From NCBI GenBank assembly GCA_963785725.1, contig CAWAWS010000005.1, forward strand, positions 160,001 through 224,000: a stretch of 64,000 nucleotides of DNA, written 5' to 3'. A program made the position numbers and the translations under genes. Within the stretch, counting starts at the first letter, position 1; each line of letters starts with the position of its first letter. This document shows, in pieces, positions 47,483-58,329 of this stretch. Under the pieces are notes generated by a model. The model was not told where the DNA came from and searched no databases. It saw only the letters and a program-made list of their open reading frames with translations. The DNA is from an uncultured delta proteobacterium. Lineage in GTDB: Bacteria > Myxococcota_A > Polyangia > Palsa-1104.

Positions 47483-48313
47483 ATGGACCTGCGACGTGAG
47501 CTCGACCTCGCCATCGAGCTGGCACGGCGCGCCGGCGAGCGCATCCGCGTCCTGCGCAACGCCGGCCTCGCCGTCGAACAAAAAGCCGACGACTCGCCGG
47601 TCACGCAAGCCGATCGCGAAGCCAACGCCCTCATCGTCGACGGCCTGCGCGCCCACTTCCCCGCCGACGGCCTGCTCTCCGAAGAGCTGCCCGACGACGG
47701 CTCGCGCCTGACCGCGCCGCGCGTGTGGATGGTCGACCCGCTCGACGGCACCAAAGACTTCATCCGCGGCCGCGACGGCTTCAGCGTCATGATCGGCCTG
47801 CTCGTCGACGATCGCCCGGCGCTCGGCGTCGTCTACCAGCCGGTCGGCGACAAGCTCTATTTCGCGACGCTCGGCCACGGCGCCTTCGTCCGGCGCGCCG
47901 GCGCCACGCCCACGCCCATCCACGTCTCGCCCGTCGCCGAGATGGCGCAGCTGCGCATGGTGGCGTCGGCGTCGCATCGCACCGAGACGATTGACCGCGT
48001 CCGCGAGGCGCTCGGCGTCTCCGACGAGCTCAACATCGGCTCCGTCGGCTTGAAGCTCGGGCTCATCGCCGAGGGCGTGCGCGACCTCTACGTCAACCCG
48101 AGCGGCCACTCGAAGCTGTGGGACACGCTCGGCCCCGAGGCGATCCTCGTCGAGGCCGGCGGCCGCTTGAGCGACGCGCACGGCCAGCCGCTCGATTGGC
48201 GCGGCCCCGAGCTCGGCAACGTGCGCGGCCTCATCGCCTCCAACGGCGTCTTGCACGACCAAGTCGTCGCGCGATTGGCGGCGCTGTTCCCGAGCGGCCG
48301 CGCGCGCGAATAG
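47483..48313 (+). CDS. cysQ: 3'(2'),5'-bisphosphate nucleotidase / inositol monophosphatase family
   Basis: KADDSPVTQAD, LLSEE, WMVDPLDGTKDF, GSVGLK and WDT. Confidence 0.85.
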   Translation: MDLRRELDLAIELARRAGERIRVLRNAGLAVEQKADDSPVTQADREANALIVDGLRAHFPADGLLSEELPDDGSRLTAPRVWMVDPLDGTKDFIRGRDGFSVMIGLLVDDRPALGVVYQPVGDKLYFATLGHGAFVRRAGATPTPIHVSPVAEMAQLRMVASASHRTETIDRVREALGVSDELNIGSVGLKLGLIAEGVRDLYVNPSGHSKLWDTLGPEAILVEAGGRLSDAHGQPLDWRGPELGNVRGLIASNGVLHDQVVARLAALFPSGRARE

Positions 48314-48405
48314 CCGCCGCCGCTCGTTCACGCCATCGACCGCCGTCCGGCGCGTGCACCACATCACCGACGTGGCGGCGCGTCGGCGGTAGCATCGCGG
48401 CTACC

Positions 48406-49944
48406 ATGAAAGCCGCGCTCTTCGTCGCCGCGCTTGGCCTCTCGGCATTCGGCTGCGCGCACTACCAGATGGCCTGCCCCATCGCCGGCGGCCCCGAATG
48501 GCTGGAGCTCAAGTCGCCGCATTTCACGCTGCGGACCGACCTGCCCGCCGACCAAGCCGAGCGGCTCCTGCGCGACGACGAGACGCTGCTCGACACGCTG
48601 CAGGCGGCGGCGTCGGCGCTGTTGCCGCCCAGCGCCGACAAGGGGCGTCTCTCGCTCGTCATCTTCGCCGAGAGCTGGCAGTACGACAAGCTCGTCAAGC
48701 CCGAGCAGAGCGAGCTCGCCTCCGGCTTTCGTCGCATCCAAGTCTCCTCGCTGTTCGACGCCGACGAACGCGGGCGGCCGATGGTCGTGCTCACCCACGA
48801 TCCCGGCAACGACGCGACGCTGAGCTACGAGCTGGCGCGACAAATCGTCAACCAGCGGCTGCACGAGCCGCCGCCGTGGCTCTCGGGCGGCCTGGCCGAA
48901 TATCTCACCGCCACCTCGCGCCAAGCGGGCACGCTGGCGCTGGGCGGACCGACGGCGCGGCTCCTCGAATACAACCGCCAGCGCCAGCTCGGCGTGAACC
49001 CCGTCGTCTCCGCCTACCCGCTGCAGTCGGTGCAGAGCTTCCTGCAGGGCCTCTATCCGCAGCACGGCTTCATCGACTTCACCTTCGTGGCGGCGTGGGG
49101 TCTCGTGCACTATCTGGCCAACGGCGGCCCTGACCATCCGGCACGCTTTCGCACCTTCTTGTCGGCGATCGCCGACGGCGCGCCGGTCGCCGAGACGCTC
49201 ATCGGCCAATATGGCTCGCTCGACGCCATCGACGCCGCTTATCACCAGCAGCTGGCCGCGACGCAAGCGAACCAGCCGAAGCCGCAGCTCGTCGCCTATG
49301 CGCCGCCGCCGACGCCGCCGCGCATCACCGTGCGCACGCTCGACGACGCCGAGCTGCATCAGCTGAAGGTCATCTGGCAGCCGGCGACGCGCGACCGCGA
49401 GCTGGCGCTGGCCAAGGCGCACGCGCCGCAATCGCCCGCGCTGCACCGCTGGCTCGCGCTCTTGGCCGACGCAGAGGGCCACGACGCCGCGGCCGAGCAG
49501 GAGATCGCCGCGGCCGTGCGCTTGGCCGGCGCCGACCACTTTTACGCCTGCGAGCAGGCGCGGCTGCACCTCGAGCACGCGCTGAAGAAGCCGGAGAGCG
49601 AGCGGCACCTCGACCGGCTCGGCGACGAGCTGCGCGCGGTGGCGCACTGGGTCGACGAGCCGGCGCAGCTCGACTTCGTGGCGCGCTATTACCACCTCGT
49701 CGGTGACGATGCCTTCGCGGCCGCGTTCGCCGCGCGCGCCGTCGCGCTCGACCCGCAGTGCGCCCACTGCCTGGTCACGCAGGCGCAAATATTCCTGGCG
49801 CGCGGCGATCAGCCCAACGCGATCGCGGCGCTGCAGGCGGCGCTGCGGCGTTCCAAGGATCCGGCGGACGGCTACGGTGGCGCGGCTTTGCTGCTGGCGC
49901 GCTTGAAGCAGTGCGAGACGAGCGGCGGCGACTGCGCGAAGTAA
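48406..49944 (+). CDS. Lipoprotein with degenerate zincin-like (DUF1570-type) domain and C-terminal TPR-like repeats
   Basis: Lipobox AFGC; WLELKSPHFTLRTD; LSYELARQ...PPWLSGGLAEY; AWGLVHYL; helical C-terminus. Confidence 0.7.
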   Translation: MKAALFVAALGLSAFGCAHYQMACPIAGGPEWLELKSPHFTLRTDLPADQAERLLRDDETLLDTLQAAASALLPPSADKGRLSLVIFAESWQYDKLVKPEQSELASGFRRIQVSSLFDADERGRPMVVLTHDPGNDATLSYELARQIVNQRLHEPPPWLSGGLAEYLTATSRQAGTLALGGPTARLLEYNRQRQLGVNPVVSAYPLQSVQSFLQGLYPQHGFIDFTFVAAWGLVHYLANGGPDHPARFRTFLSAIADGAPVAETLIGQYGSLDAIDAAYHQQLAATQANQPKPQLVAYAPPPTPPRITVRTLDDAELHQLKVIWQPATRDRELALAKAHAPQSPALHRWLALLADAEGHDAAAEQEIAAAVRLAGADHFYACEQARLHLEHALKKPESERHLDRLGDELRAVAHWVDEPAQLDFVARYYHLVGDDAFAAAFAARAVALDPQCAHCLVTQAQIFLARGDQPNAIAALQAALRRSKDPADGYGGAALLLARLKQCETSGGDCAK

Positions 49945-49952
49945 ACGCGCGT

Positions 49953-51328
49953 TTACTTGCCGGCGAGCATCATCTTGGCGACGCGGAAGGTCGGGCACGC
50001 CGTCGAGCTGCGCAGGTCGAGGTCGTCACCGACGGCGTCGACGTCGTGCCACAGGTCGTTGAAGTTGGCGCTGACCGTGACTTCGCTGACCGGCTGGCCG
50101 AGCTTGCCGTTCTCGATAAGGAAGCCGCCGGCGCCGCGTGAGAAGTCGCCGGTGACGGCGTTGAAGCCGAAGCCCATCATCTCCGTCACGTACAAGCCGC
50201 GCGACACGCCGGCGATAATGTCGGCGGCCTTGCTCGTTCCCGCCTGCATGACGAAGTTGGACGTCGTCACGTGCGGCGAGCCGCCGACGCCGCGGCCGGC
50301 GCAGCCGTTCGACTGGCGGCCCAGTTTGCGCGCCGAGTAGACGTCGGTCAGATAGGTCTGCAGGACGCCGCCGTCGACGACGACGTTCTTGCGCGACGCC
50401 AAGCCGTCGCCGTCGTACGGCCGCGAGCCGGGACCGCGCACGATGAGCGGATCGTCGACGATGGTGCACAACTTCGACGCGATCGAGCTGCCCTCGCGAT
50501 CGAGCAAGTAGCTCGACTTGCGGTAGATGGCGCCGCCGGAAACGACGCCGAAGATGAGGCGCAGAAGCGCGCGGCCGGCCTCGGGATCGAACACGATCGG
50601 CATCTCGCCGGTGGCGATCTTCTCCGAGCCCAGCTTGGCGACGGTGCGGCGCGCGGCCTCTTGGCCGACCTCCTCGGGCGACTTCGAGCTTGGCGAGGAA
50701 GCGATCGGCCGTCCACCAGTGGCCGTTGCGCTTCTTGCCGTCGGCGTCGTCGCAAATCGGCTCGACGACGAGCGACTGATAGGTGCCGCGAAAGCTGCCG
50801 GCGAAGCCGTCGGAGCTGGCCAGCGCGCTGGCGCCGACGACGCGGCCGTAGGTCGCGCCTTCGGAGTTCGTGACCTTGGGCGAGAACCCGCGCGCCGCCG
50901 CTTCGCCGCGCTTGCACCACTCGATCGCGTCCTTGGCCGTCGACGCCGAGCGCCGCTTCATCCCACAATTCGAGCTCGGGGAAGGTCGTCGCCAGCTGAT
51001 CGCGCGGCGGCAGCTCGTTGAGCAGGTCGGGCTCGGCCAGCTTGGCCAGCTCCACCGAGTCGGCGACGAAGCGCTCGAGCGCCGCGTCCGACAAATCCGA
51101 CGTGTACGTCAAGGCGACGCGCTGATCGCGGAACACGCCGAGGCCGAGCGCGCGCGACGACGCCTCCTGCACCAGCTCGGGCTCGCCCATGCGCACCTTG
51201 ACGGACAGCTCGGCGCCGCCCTGCACCAGCGCCTCGGCCGCGTCGGCGCCGTGCTTGCGCGCCAGCTCGACAGGCCTGCTCGCGAGTCGCGATGCGCTCG
51301 CGAGCTCTTCGGTAGCGTGGCTCGCCAT
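49953..51328 (-). CDS. pmbA: PmbA/TldE family protein; frameshifted (~50955, ~50685)
   Basis: GSRPYDGDG, GLYVTEMMGFGFNAVTGDFSRGAGG and SEVTVSAN; N-terminal parts lie in other frames. Confidence 0.85.
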
Positions 51329-51331
51329 GCA

Positions 51332-52777
<1,446 letters not shown>

Positions 52778-52915
52778 TCGCTGCCCCTCTCGTCGGTCGC
52801 TCGTCGACCAGTCGAGTGATTGTAAGCGCGGACGGGCGAGCGGGCTAGCAATCGTGCAGCCGCCCGAGGCGAAACTTTACGGCTGATTTCGGGTGGAAAT
52901 CGTGCGCGAGCGTGG

Positions 52916-53533
52916 TTAGGCGTTGACCCGTCCGTCGACGGCGGCCAGCGTCTCGCCGATGGCGCGCGCCGCCTCGGCGATCTCGGCCTCGTCGCCGCCG
53001 AGCCACAGCCGGCCGACGGCGCCGAACGTGATGACCTCGAGCAGGTGGATGTTGGCCGCCTTCTCCGCCTCGTTCGCCGCCAGCGCCGCATACGCCGCCG
53101 GGTGCACCTCGAGCGTGTACAGCGTCTGCCCTTCGTTGATCATGTCGCCGTGCCGCATGCGATCGATGAGCGCCGCATGATGCCCGTCGATGCCGGTGAT
53201 CGTCTGCTCCGACAAGATGCGCGGCTTCAGCCGATCCTGCATCGAGACGCCCAGCTTCTCCAGCATCGCGTCGCCCGCATGCCGCACTTCGCCCTGGTCG
53301 AAGCTGTGGACCTCGAGCATGCCGTACGCGCGCTCGACGATCTGCATGCCCGGGATGACGCGCGTCTGCTTGAGCGCCACGTCGGTGATGGTGTTGATGG
53401 CGATGCCGGGCGCGATCTCGATCAACAGCGCCGCCTGATTGGCCAGCGGCAAGAAACCCGACGCGACCGTCTGAAAGAACGAGGCCAGCTGCGGCTGCAG
53501 CACGTCGAGATAGGTGAAGGTTCGCAGCTCCAT
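52916..53533 (-). CDS. Bacterial microcompartment shell protein, tandem-domain circularly permuted BMC-T (CcmP/CsoS1D-like)
   Basis: MELRTFTYLDVLQPQLA...EIAPGIAIN...PGMQIVERAYG...AANEAEKAA...FGAVGRLWLGG, closely resembling Haliangium ochraceum double-stacking BMC-T proteins as I recall them. Confidence 0.88.
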   Translation of the reverse strand: MELRTFTYLDVLQPQLASFFQTVASGFLPLANQAALLIEIAPGIAINTITDVALKQTRVIPGMQIVERAYGMLEVHSFDQGEVRHAGDAMLEKLGVSMQDRLKPRILSEQTITGIDGHHAALIDRMRHGDMINEGQTLYTLEVHPAAYAALAANEAEKAANIHLLEVITFGAVGRLWLGGDEAEIAEAARAIGETLAAVDGRVNA

Positions 53534-53586
53534 CTTGCGCGCGAGCCTATCACAACGGCTGCGCGCCAGAGGCTACTTGGCGACGG

Positions 53587-54402
53587 TCAGCGCCGGCCGC
53601 CGCGCGTGTCGGTCTTCTTGCCGCGCCGTCCCTTTTGGATCTCGGGCGCGCGCTTGCGCACCTTGGTGAACGTCTTTTTCGCGCCGCCGACGGCCTTCTT
53701 CAGCCGCTCGACCTCCTCCGGCTGCAACACGCGCGTCGTGCCGACCTTCAATTCGTCGAGGCTGAGGCCGGCATAGCCCACGCGCGTCAGCTTCAAGACG
53801 TTGAACCCGAGCGCCTCTGCGGTGCGGTGAATCTGCCGATTCTTGCCCTCGTGAATGCTCACTTCCAGCCACGTGTTCTTGCCCGTGTTGCCCATGATGA
53901 CGACGTCGGCTTCGGCCGTCTTGTCGCCGTCGTCGAGCGTCACGCCGCGCTGCCACGCCATCGCCGTCTCGGTGCCCGCGATGCCCTGCAGCTTGACGTG
54001 ATAGGTCTTGCGCACCTCGTGCTTCGGGTGCATGAGCGCGTGCGCCAAGTCGCCGTCATTCGTACAGATGAGGAGCCCTTCGGTGTTGAAGTCGAGCCGC
54101 CCGACGGGATAGACGCGCGCGCCCGCCCGCTTCAAGAACGTCATGACCGTCGGCCGATTCTCCGGATCCGACATCGTCGTCACGTAGCCGCGCGGCTTAT
54201 TGAGCATCAGGTAAACGGGACGCTCGGCCAACAGCCGCTTGCCGCCGAAGATGACCTTGTCCTCGTCGGGATCGACCTTCGTGCCGAGCTCGGTCACGAT
54301 CTGGCCGTTCACCTTGACGCGCCCGGCCGTGATCATCTCTTCCGCTTTGCGCCGCGAGGCCACGCCCGCCTGCGCCAAAAACCGCTGCAATCGAATCAAC
54401 AT
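53587..54402 (-). CDS. rluB: rRNA pseudouridine synthase (RluB/RsuA family)
   Basis: S4 domain RLQRFLAQAGVASRRKAE; NKPRGY, YPVGRLDFNTEGLL and EGKNRQI; scpAB-rluB synteny. Confidence 0.88.
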   Translation of the reverse strand: MLIRLQRFLAQAGVASRRKAEEMITAGRVKVNGQIVTELGTKVDPDEDKVIFGGKRLLAERPVYLMLNKPRGYVTTMSDPENRPTVMTFLKRAGARVYPVGRLDFNTEGLLICTNDGDLAHALMHPKHEVRKTYHVKLQGIAGTETAMAWQRGVTLDDGDKTAEADVVIMGNTGKNTWLEVSIHEGKNRQIHRTAEALGFNVLKLTRVGYAGLSLDELKVGTTRVLQPEEVERLKKAVGGAKKTFTKVRKRAPEIQKGRRGKKTDTRGGRR

Positions 54403-54420
54403 AATTCTACTTTCGGCTCG

Positions 54421-55899
54421 CTAAAGCTCTGGTTCGTCTTCGGGTGGCTCGTCGCCGTCGCCATCCGGCGATTCGGTGTCGTGGTCTTCTACATCGAGGA
54501 CGCCTTCGGGGCGCTTCTTTTTGCTCGTCGTCTCCGAATGATCGAACTCTTCGTCGACGTGCTCGAGCTCGGCCGGCACCTGCAGCGTGTTGGCGTGCAC
54601 GCGCGTCGGCTCATCGCCGGGCATGGCGTCGAACTCGCGCGTCGGCTCGCCCTCGAACTCGTCGGCCGGCGTCGCCTCCGGCTCGGCCGCCGGCTCGTCG
54701 GCGTCCGTCGCCACGCCCGCGGTGCGGATGAGCCGATCGATCTCCTCGAGCTCCTGCTCGTCCTCGACCGGAATCGTAATCTCGAGGCGCGTCAGCGGCG
54801 GTGGCCCCGGGTCGATGGGCGCGTCACCGTCTTTGCCCTCGATGACGCCCGGCGGCGCCACGCCTTCGAGCGCGGCCACTTGCGCCTGATGCTCCTCGGA
54901 CAGCTCGTGGAACTCGCGCAAGGTCGGCAGCTGCTTCAAGTCCCCCAAGTTGAAGAACTCGAGGAACTCCTTGGTCGTGCCGTACAAGAGCGGCCGACCG
55001 ACCTCCTCTTTCTTGCCCAAGATGCGCACGAGCGAGCGATCGAGCAGCGTCTTCAACGTGCCGCCCGAGTCGACGCCGCGGATCTCGTCGATCTCCGGCC
55101 GCGTCACCGGCTGGCGATAGGCCGCGATGGCCAGCGTCTCGATCTGCGCGCGCGAGAGCTTGACCGGCTTTTGCGCCAGCAGCTTCTGCACCCACTGCGC
55201 GTTGTCGGGGTTCGTCCGAAACTGATAGCCGCCGGCCACTTGGTGCAGCTGAAAGCCGCGCGACGCGAACGTCACCTCGATGGCCGCCACCGCCGACCGC
55301 ACGCGCGCGATCTCGGTCTCGCCCAATAAGTCCGCCAGCTGCTTGAGCGTCAGCGACTTGTCGGCCGCGAACAAGAGGCTCTCGACGATCGACTGCATGC
55401 GCGGCGAGGCCGCGTCGGCCGAGCCCGGATCGGGCGGTGACTCCTCGGGATGGTCCTCGGTCGCCTCCGCCGGCACGGGCTCGTCGCTCAAGCCGGCGCT
55501 GTCGACGTCGGAGGGCCCGGTGCTGACGCCGTTGCTGCCGGCGTGCTCGTGCGCCACCAGCTCGGGCGAATCGACCAGCTCGTCGGCGACGGTGTGCCCG
55601 CCGAGCAGCTCGTCGCCGCCCAGGTCCGCCTGCGCCGCGTCGTCGCCGATCGGCCCGTCGGCGTGGTCGTGCGCGGCCGGCTCGCCGGTCGTGACGCCGG
55701 CCGCGGCCTGCGCTTCGGACGCGCCCGGGTTCAACAGCTCGTCGCCCGCCGCCGCGTCGCGATCTTCGTCCCCCGCCGCCGCCTCCGCGTGCCGCTCGGA
55801 CGCGTCCGAATCCTTGGCGTCGCTGGCAGTTGGCTCCGTCGCCGCGCTGCCGTCCGCGGCGTCCTCCGCCTCTTTCGGCGGTGGCCCTGACTCGCTCAT
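54421..55899 (-). CDS. scpB: SMC-Scp subunit ScpB with long acidic N- and C-terminal extensions
   Basis: [38 protein letters not shown] and [13 protein letters not shown]. Confidence 0.93.
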   Translation of the reverse strand: MSESGPPPKEAEDAADGSAATEPTASDAKDSDASERHAEAAAGDEDRDAAAGDELLNPGASEAQAAAGVTTGEPAAHDHADGPIGDDAAQADLGGDELLGGHTVADELVDSPELVAHEHAGSNGVSTGPSDVDSAGLSDEPVPAEATEDHPEESPPDPGSADAASPRMQSIVESLLFAADKSLTLKQLADLLGETEIARVRSAVAAIEVTFASRGFQLHQVAGGYQFRTNPDNAQWVQKLLAQKPVKLSRAQIETLAIAAYRQPVTRPEIDEIRGVDSGGTLKTLLDRSLVRILGKKEEVGRPLLYGTTKEFLEFFNLGDLKQLPTLREFHELSEEHQAQVAALEGVAPPGVIEGKDGDAPIDPGPPPLTRLEITIPVEDEQELEEIDRLIRTAGVATDADEPAAEPEATPADEFEGEPTREFDAMPGDEPTRVHANTLQVPAELEHVDEEFDHSETTSKKKRPEGVLDVEDHDTESPDGDGDEPPEDEPEL

Positions 55900-56750
55900 T
55901 CTTTGTATTCCTCGGGCCGATCGCGCAGCGCTTCCGCTTGCAGCTTCAGATCGGCGCCTGCCTTCGTGATGTAGATGGCGCTCAACAGGTCGGCCTGCGT
56001 CAGCCGCACCATCTTCAAGCGCGTCATCTCCAAGATCGCCAAGAACGTCACGACGACCTGACCCTTGATCTGCGCCATCTCGCCGCCCTGCTCGACGAAC
56101 GCGAAGCAGCTCTCGAACGAAAATGACCCTTCGGCTTCGAGACGATCGGCGAGCTCGTTGATGCGATCGGTGATGCTGATGCGATCGGTGACGACGTCGT
56201 GCGTGAACGTGACTTTGGCGCGCGACAACACGCGCTCGAGCGACTCGATGAGCCGAAACACCGGCACCTCCGCCAGCGGCGCGCCGCCCGGCAAGACGTG
56301 CAGGCCGGCCGCGTCCTCGGCCGACGAGCCGCGCGGAAAGACGTTGCGCCCGGTCACCGGCCGATCGGCCAGCTTGCCGGCGGCGTCCTTGAACTTCTGG
56401 TACTCGAGCAGGCGGCGAATCAGCTCTTGCCGCGGATCGAGCTCCTCGTCGTCGTCGCCGGCCGTCGCCAGCGCGTCCTCGACCGGATCGGGCGGCACCA
56501 GCTCGCGCGACTTCAAGTGCGCCAGCGTCGCCGCCATCAGCAGATACTCGCCGGCGACGTCGAGGTCGAGCGAGCGCATGACGTCGAGCATGCGCAAATA
56601 CTGATCGGTGATGAACGCGATCGGGATGTTGAGGATGTCGAGCTCGTGCTTCTTCACGAGATGCAACAGGAGGTCGAGCGGCCCTTCGAACTCGGGCAGC
56701 TCCACCTTGTAGGCAATCGCGGGATCGCTCGTGTCGACCGGCTCGCTCAA
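55896..56750 (-). CDS. scpA: Segregation and condensation protein A (kleisin)
   Basis: [36 protein letters not shown] and [10 protein letters not shown]. Confidence 0.95.
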   Translation of the reverse strand: MSEPVDTSDPAIAYKVELPEFEGPLDLLLHLVKKHELDILNIPIAFITDQYLRMLDVMRSLDLDVAGEYLLMAATLAHLKSRELVPPDPVEDALATAGDDDEELDPRQELIRRLLEYQKFKDAAGKLADRPVTGRNVFPRGSSAEDAAGLHVLPGGAPLAEVPVFRLIESLERVLSRAKVTFTHDVVTDRISITDRINELADRLEAEGSFSFESCFAFVEQGGEMAQIKGQVVVTFLAILEMTRLKMVRLTQADLLSAIYITKAGADLKLQAEALRDRPEEYKE

Positions 56751-56877
56751 GCGGCGCGTCCGAACGCGGAAGTAGGCGCTTTATGTAACAACTTCGAATC
56801 CATGACCGGCCAGCAGTATGTCAGGGCTGGCGCGTGAAGTCACCCCGGACGACGTAGATCTCGGGCTCGGCCGGAAC

Positions 56878-57276
56878 CTAATGGACGGCGAACTGGACGA
56901 TGACGCCGCCGAGCGCGCAGGCGATGAACCCGGCGCCCAAGCCGGCGCCGATGTCGACGCGCTGCTCGTCGCTGGTCGGGCCGCTGGAAATGACGGCGAT
57001 CGACGCCGCCGCGAAGGCGATGGCGCCGCCGATGAGCACCCAGCCGACCGGCTTGACCCAGCGCGGCTTCGGCTGCGGCCCTTGCAGCGCCTGCGCCGGC
57101 TGCCGTTGCTGCGGCGCCGGCGCCAACAGCGGATTGAGCGGCGGCGCGCTCAGCTGCGGCGGCGGATTCGTCGTCGCGGTCGTCGCAGGCGTTTGCGGCA
57201 CCGGCTCGGCCTGCGCGTGCACGACGCCCGAGCCGAACAGCAACCCCAACCCGACGACGACCGCAAGCGCGCGCAT
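56878..57276 (-). CDS. Hypothetical membrane protein (signal, Pro-rich linker, two C-terminal TM)
   Basis: GGAGG RBS and TACAAT upstream; signal peptide; two hydrophobic helices. Confidence 0.65.
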   Translation of the reverse strand: MRALAVVVGLGLLFGSGVVHAQAEPVPQTPATTATTNPPPQLSAPPLNPLLAPAPQQRQPAQALQGPQPKPRWVKPVGWVLIGGAIAFAAASIAVISSGPTSDEQRVDIGAGLGAGFIACALGGVIVQFAVH

Positions 57277-57310
57277 GACCCTCCCGATTGTACGCTGTCC
57301 GCGCCGTCGC

Positions 57311-58216
57311 TCAAGCGCGCGGATGATGCTGCTTGACCACTGCCTTCAGCCGCTCGTTCGACACGTGCGTGTAGATTTGGGTGGTCCCGATGTCGGCGTG
57401 CCCGAGCATCGCCTGCACCGCGCGCAAATCGGCCCCGCGCTCGACGAGATGGGTGGCGAACGAGTGGCGCAGCTTGTGCGGCGACAGCCGCTTGCGAATG
57501 CCGGCCACGCGCGCGTAACCGGTGATGAGCTTCCAAAAGCCTTGGCGGGTCATGGCGCGACCGAGATGCGTCACGAACAGCGCCGGCGATTCGCGACCGT
57601 TCAGGAGCGACGGCCGCGCCGTGGCCACGTAGTCGCGGATGCGGTCGCGCGCGCGCTCGCCGAGCGGCACCAGCCGCTGCTTCTTGCCTTTGCCGACCGT
57701 CGACAGGAACATCTCGTTCAAGTTGACGTCGAGCTGGCGCAGATGGACGAGCTCGGACACGCGCAGCCCGGTCGCGTAGAGCGTCTGCAGCATCGCCTGG
57801 TCGCGCAGGCCGCGCGGGTGGTCGGTCGGCGGCGTCGCCAACAGCGCCTCCACTTCGTCGAGCGTCAGCACCACCGGCAGCGGCCGGCCGATGCGCGGCA
57901 GCTCGAGGTCGGCCGTCGGATCGCGCGCGATATGCCGCTCGGCGCGCAAGAAGCGGAACAGCTGACGCAGCGCGACGAGGTTGCGCGCCTGCGAGCGCGC
58001 CGCCAGCTTCGCCGTCGACAGCTCGACGAGATAGGCGAGCAGATGGCGATGCTCGACGGCGCCCGCATCGTCCCCGAGCTCGCCCTGCGCCGCGCAAAAG
58101 CGACGGAATTTCGCGAGATCGCGGCCGTAGGCGTCGATGCTGTTGCGCGCCAGCCCGCGCTCGAGCTTGACGTGATCGAGGAAGAGGTCGATCGCCGCGT
58201 CGAGCGCCAGGCCCAT
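57311..58216 (-). CDS. xerD: Site-specific tyrosine recombinase XerD
   Basis: LERGLARNSIDAY, LYATGLRVSEL, GKGKKQR, MTRQGFWK, SPHKLRHSFATHL and LGHADIGTTQIYTHV. Confidence 0.93.
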   Translation of the reverse strand: MGLALDAAIDLFLDHVKLERGLARNSIDAYGRDLAKFRRFCAAQGELGDDAGAVEHRHLLAYLVELSTAKLAARSQARNLVALRQLFRFLRAERHIARDPTADLELPRIGRPLPVVLTLDEVEALLATPPTDHPRGLRDQAMLQTLYATGLRVSELVHLRQLDVNLNEMFLSTVGKGKKQRLVPLGERARDRIRDYVATARPSLLNGRESPALFVTHLGRAMTRQGFWKLITGYARVAGIRKRLSPHKLRHSFATHLVERGADLRAVQAMLGHADIGTTQIYTHVSNERLKAVVKQHHPRA

Positions 58217-58329
58217 CGTAGGACGCTAACGCCGCGCTGCGATCGGCGCAAAAATCGTCTCCATTCATCATCCGCGCGCTCGGTGCTATTTTCCTGTCAC
58301 CTCGCCGGCGCTCGCGACATTGGATAGGC

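Noticed and set aside
57311..58216. Tyrosine recombinase as a prophage/island integrase
   Set aside because: It has XerD-specific motifs and sits in the housekeeping xerD-scpA-scpB-rluB context; no att sites, tRNA or phage genes nearby.
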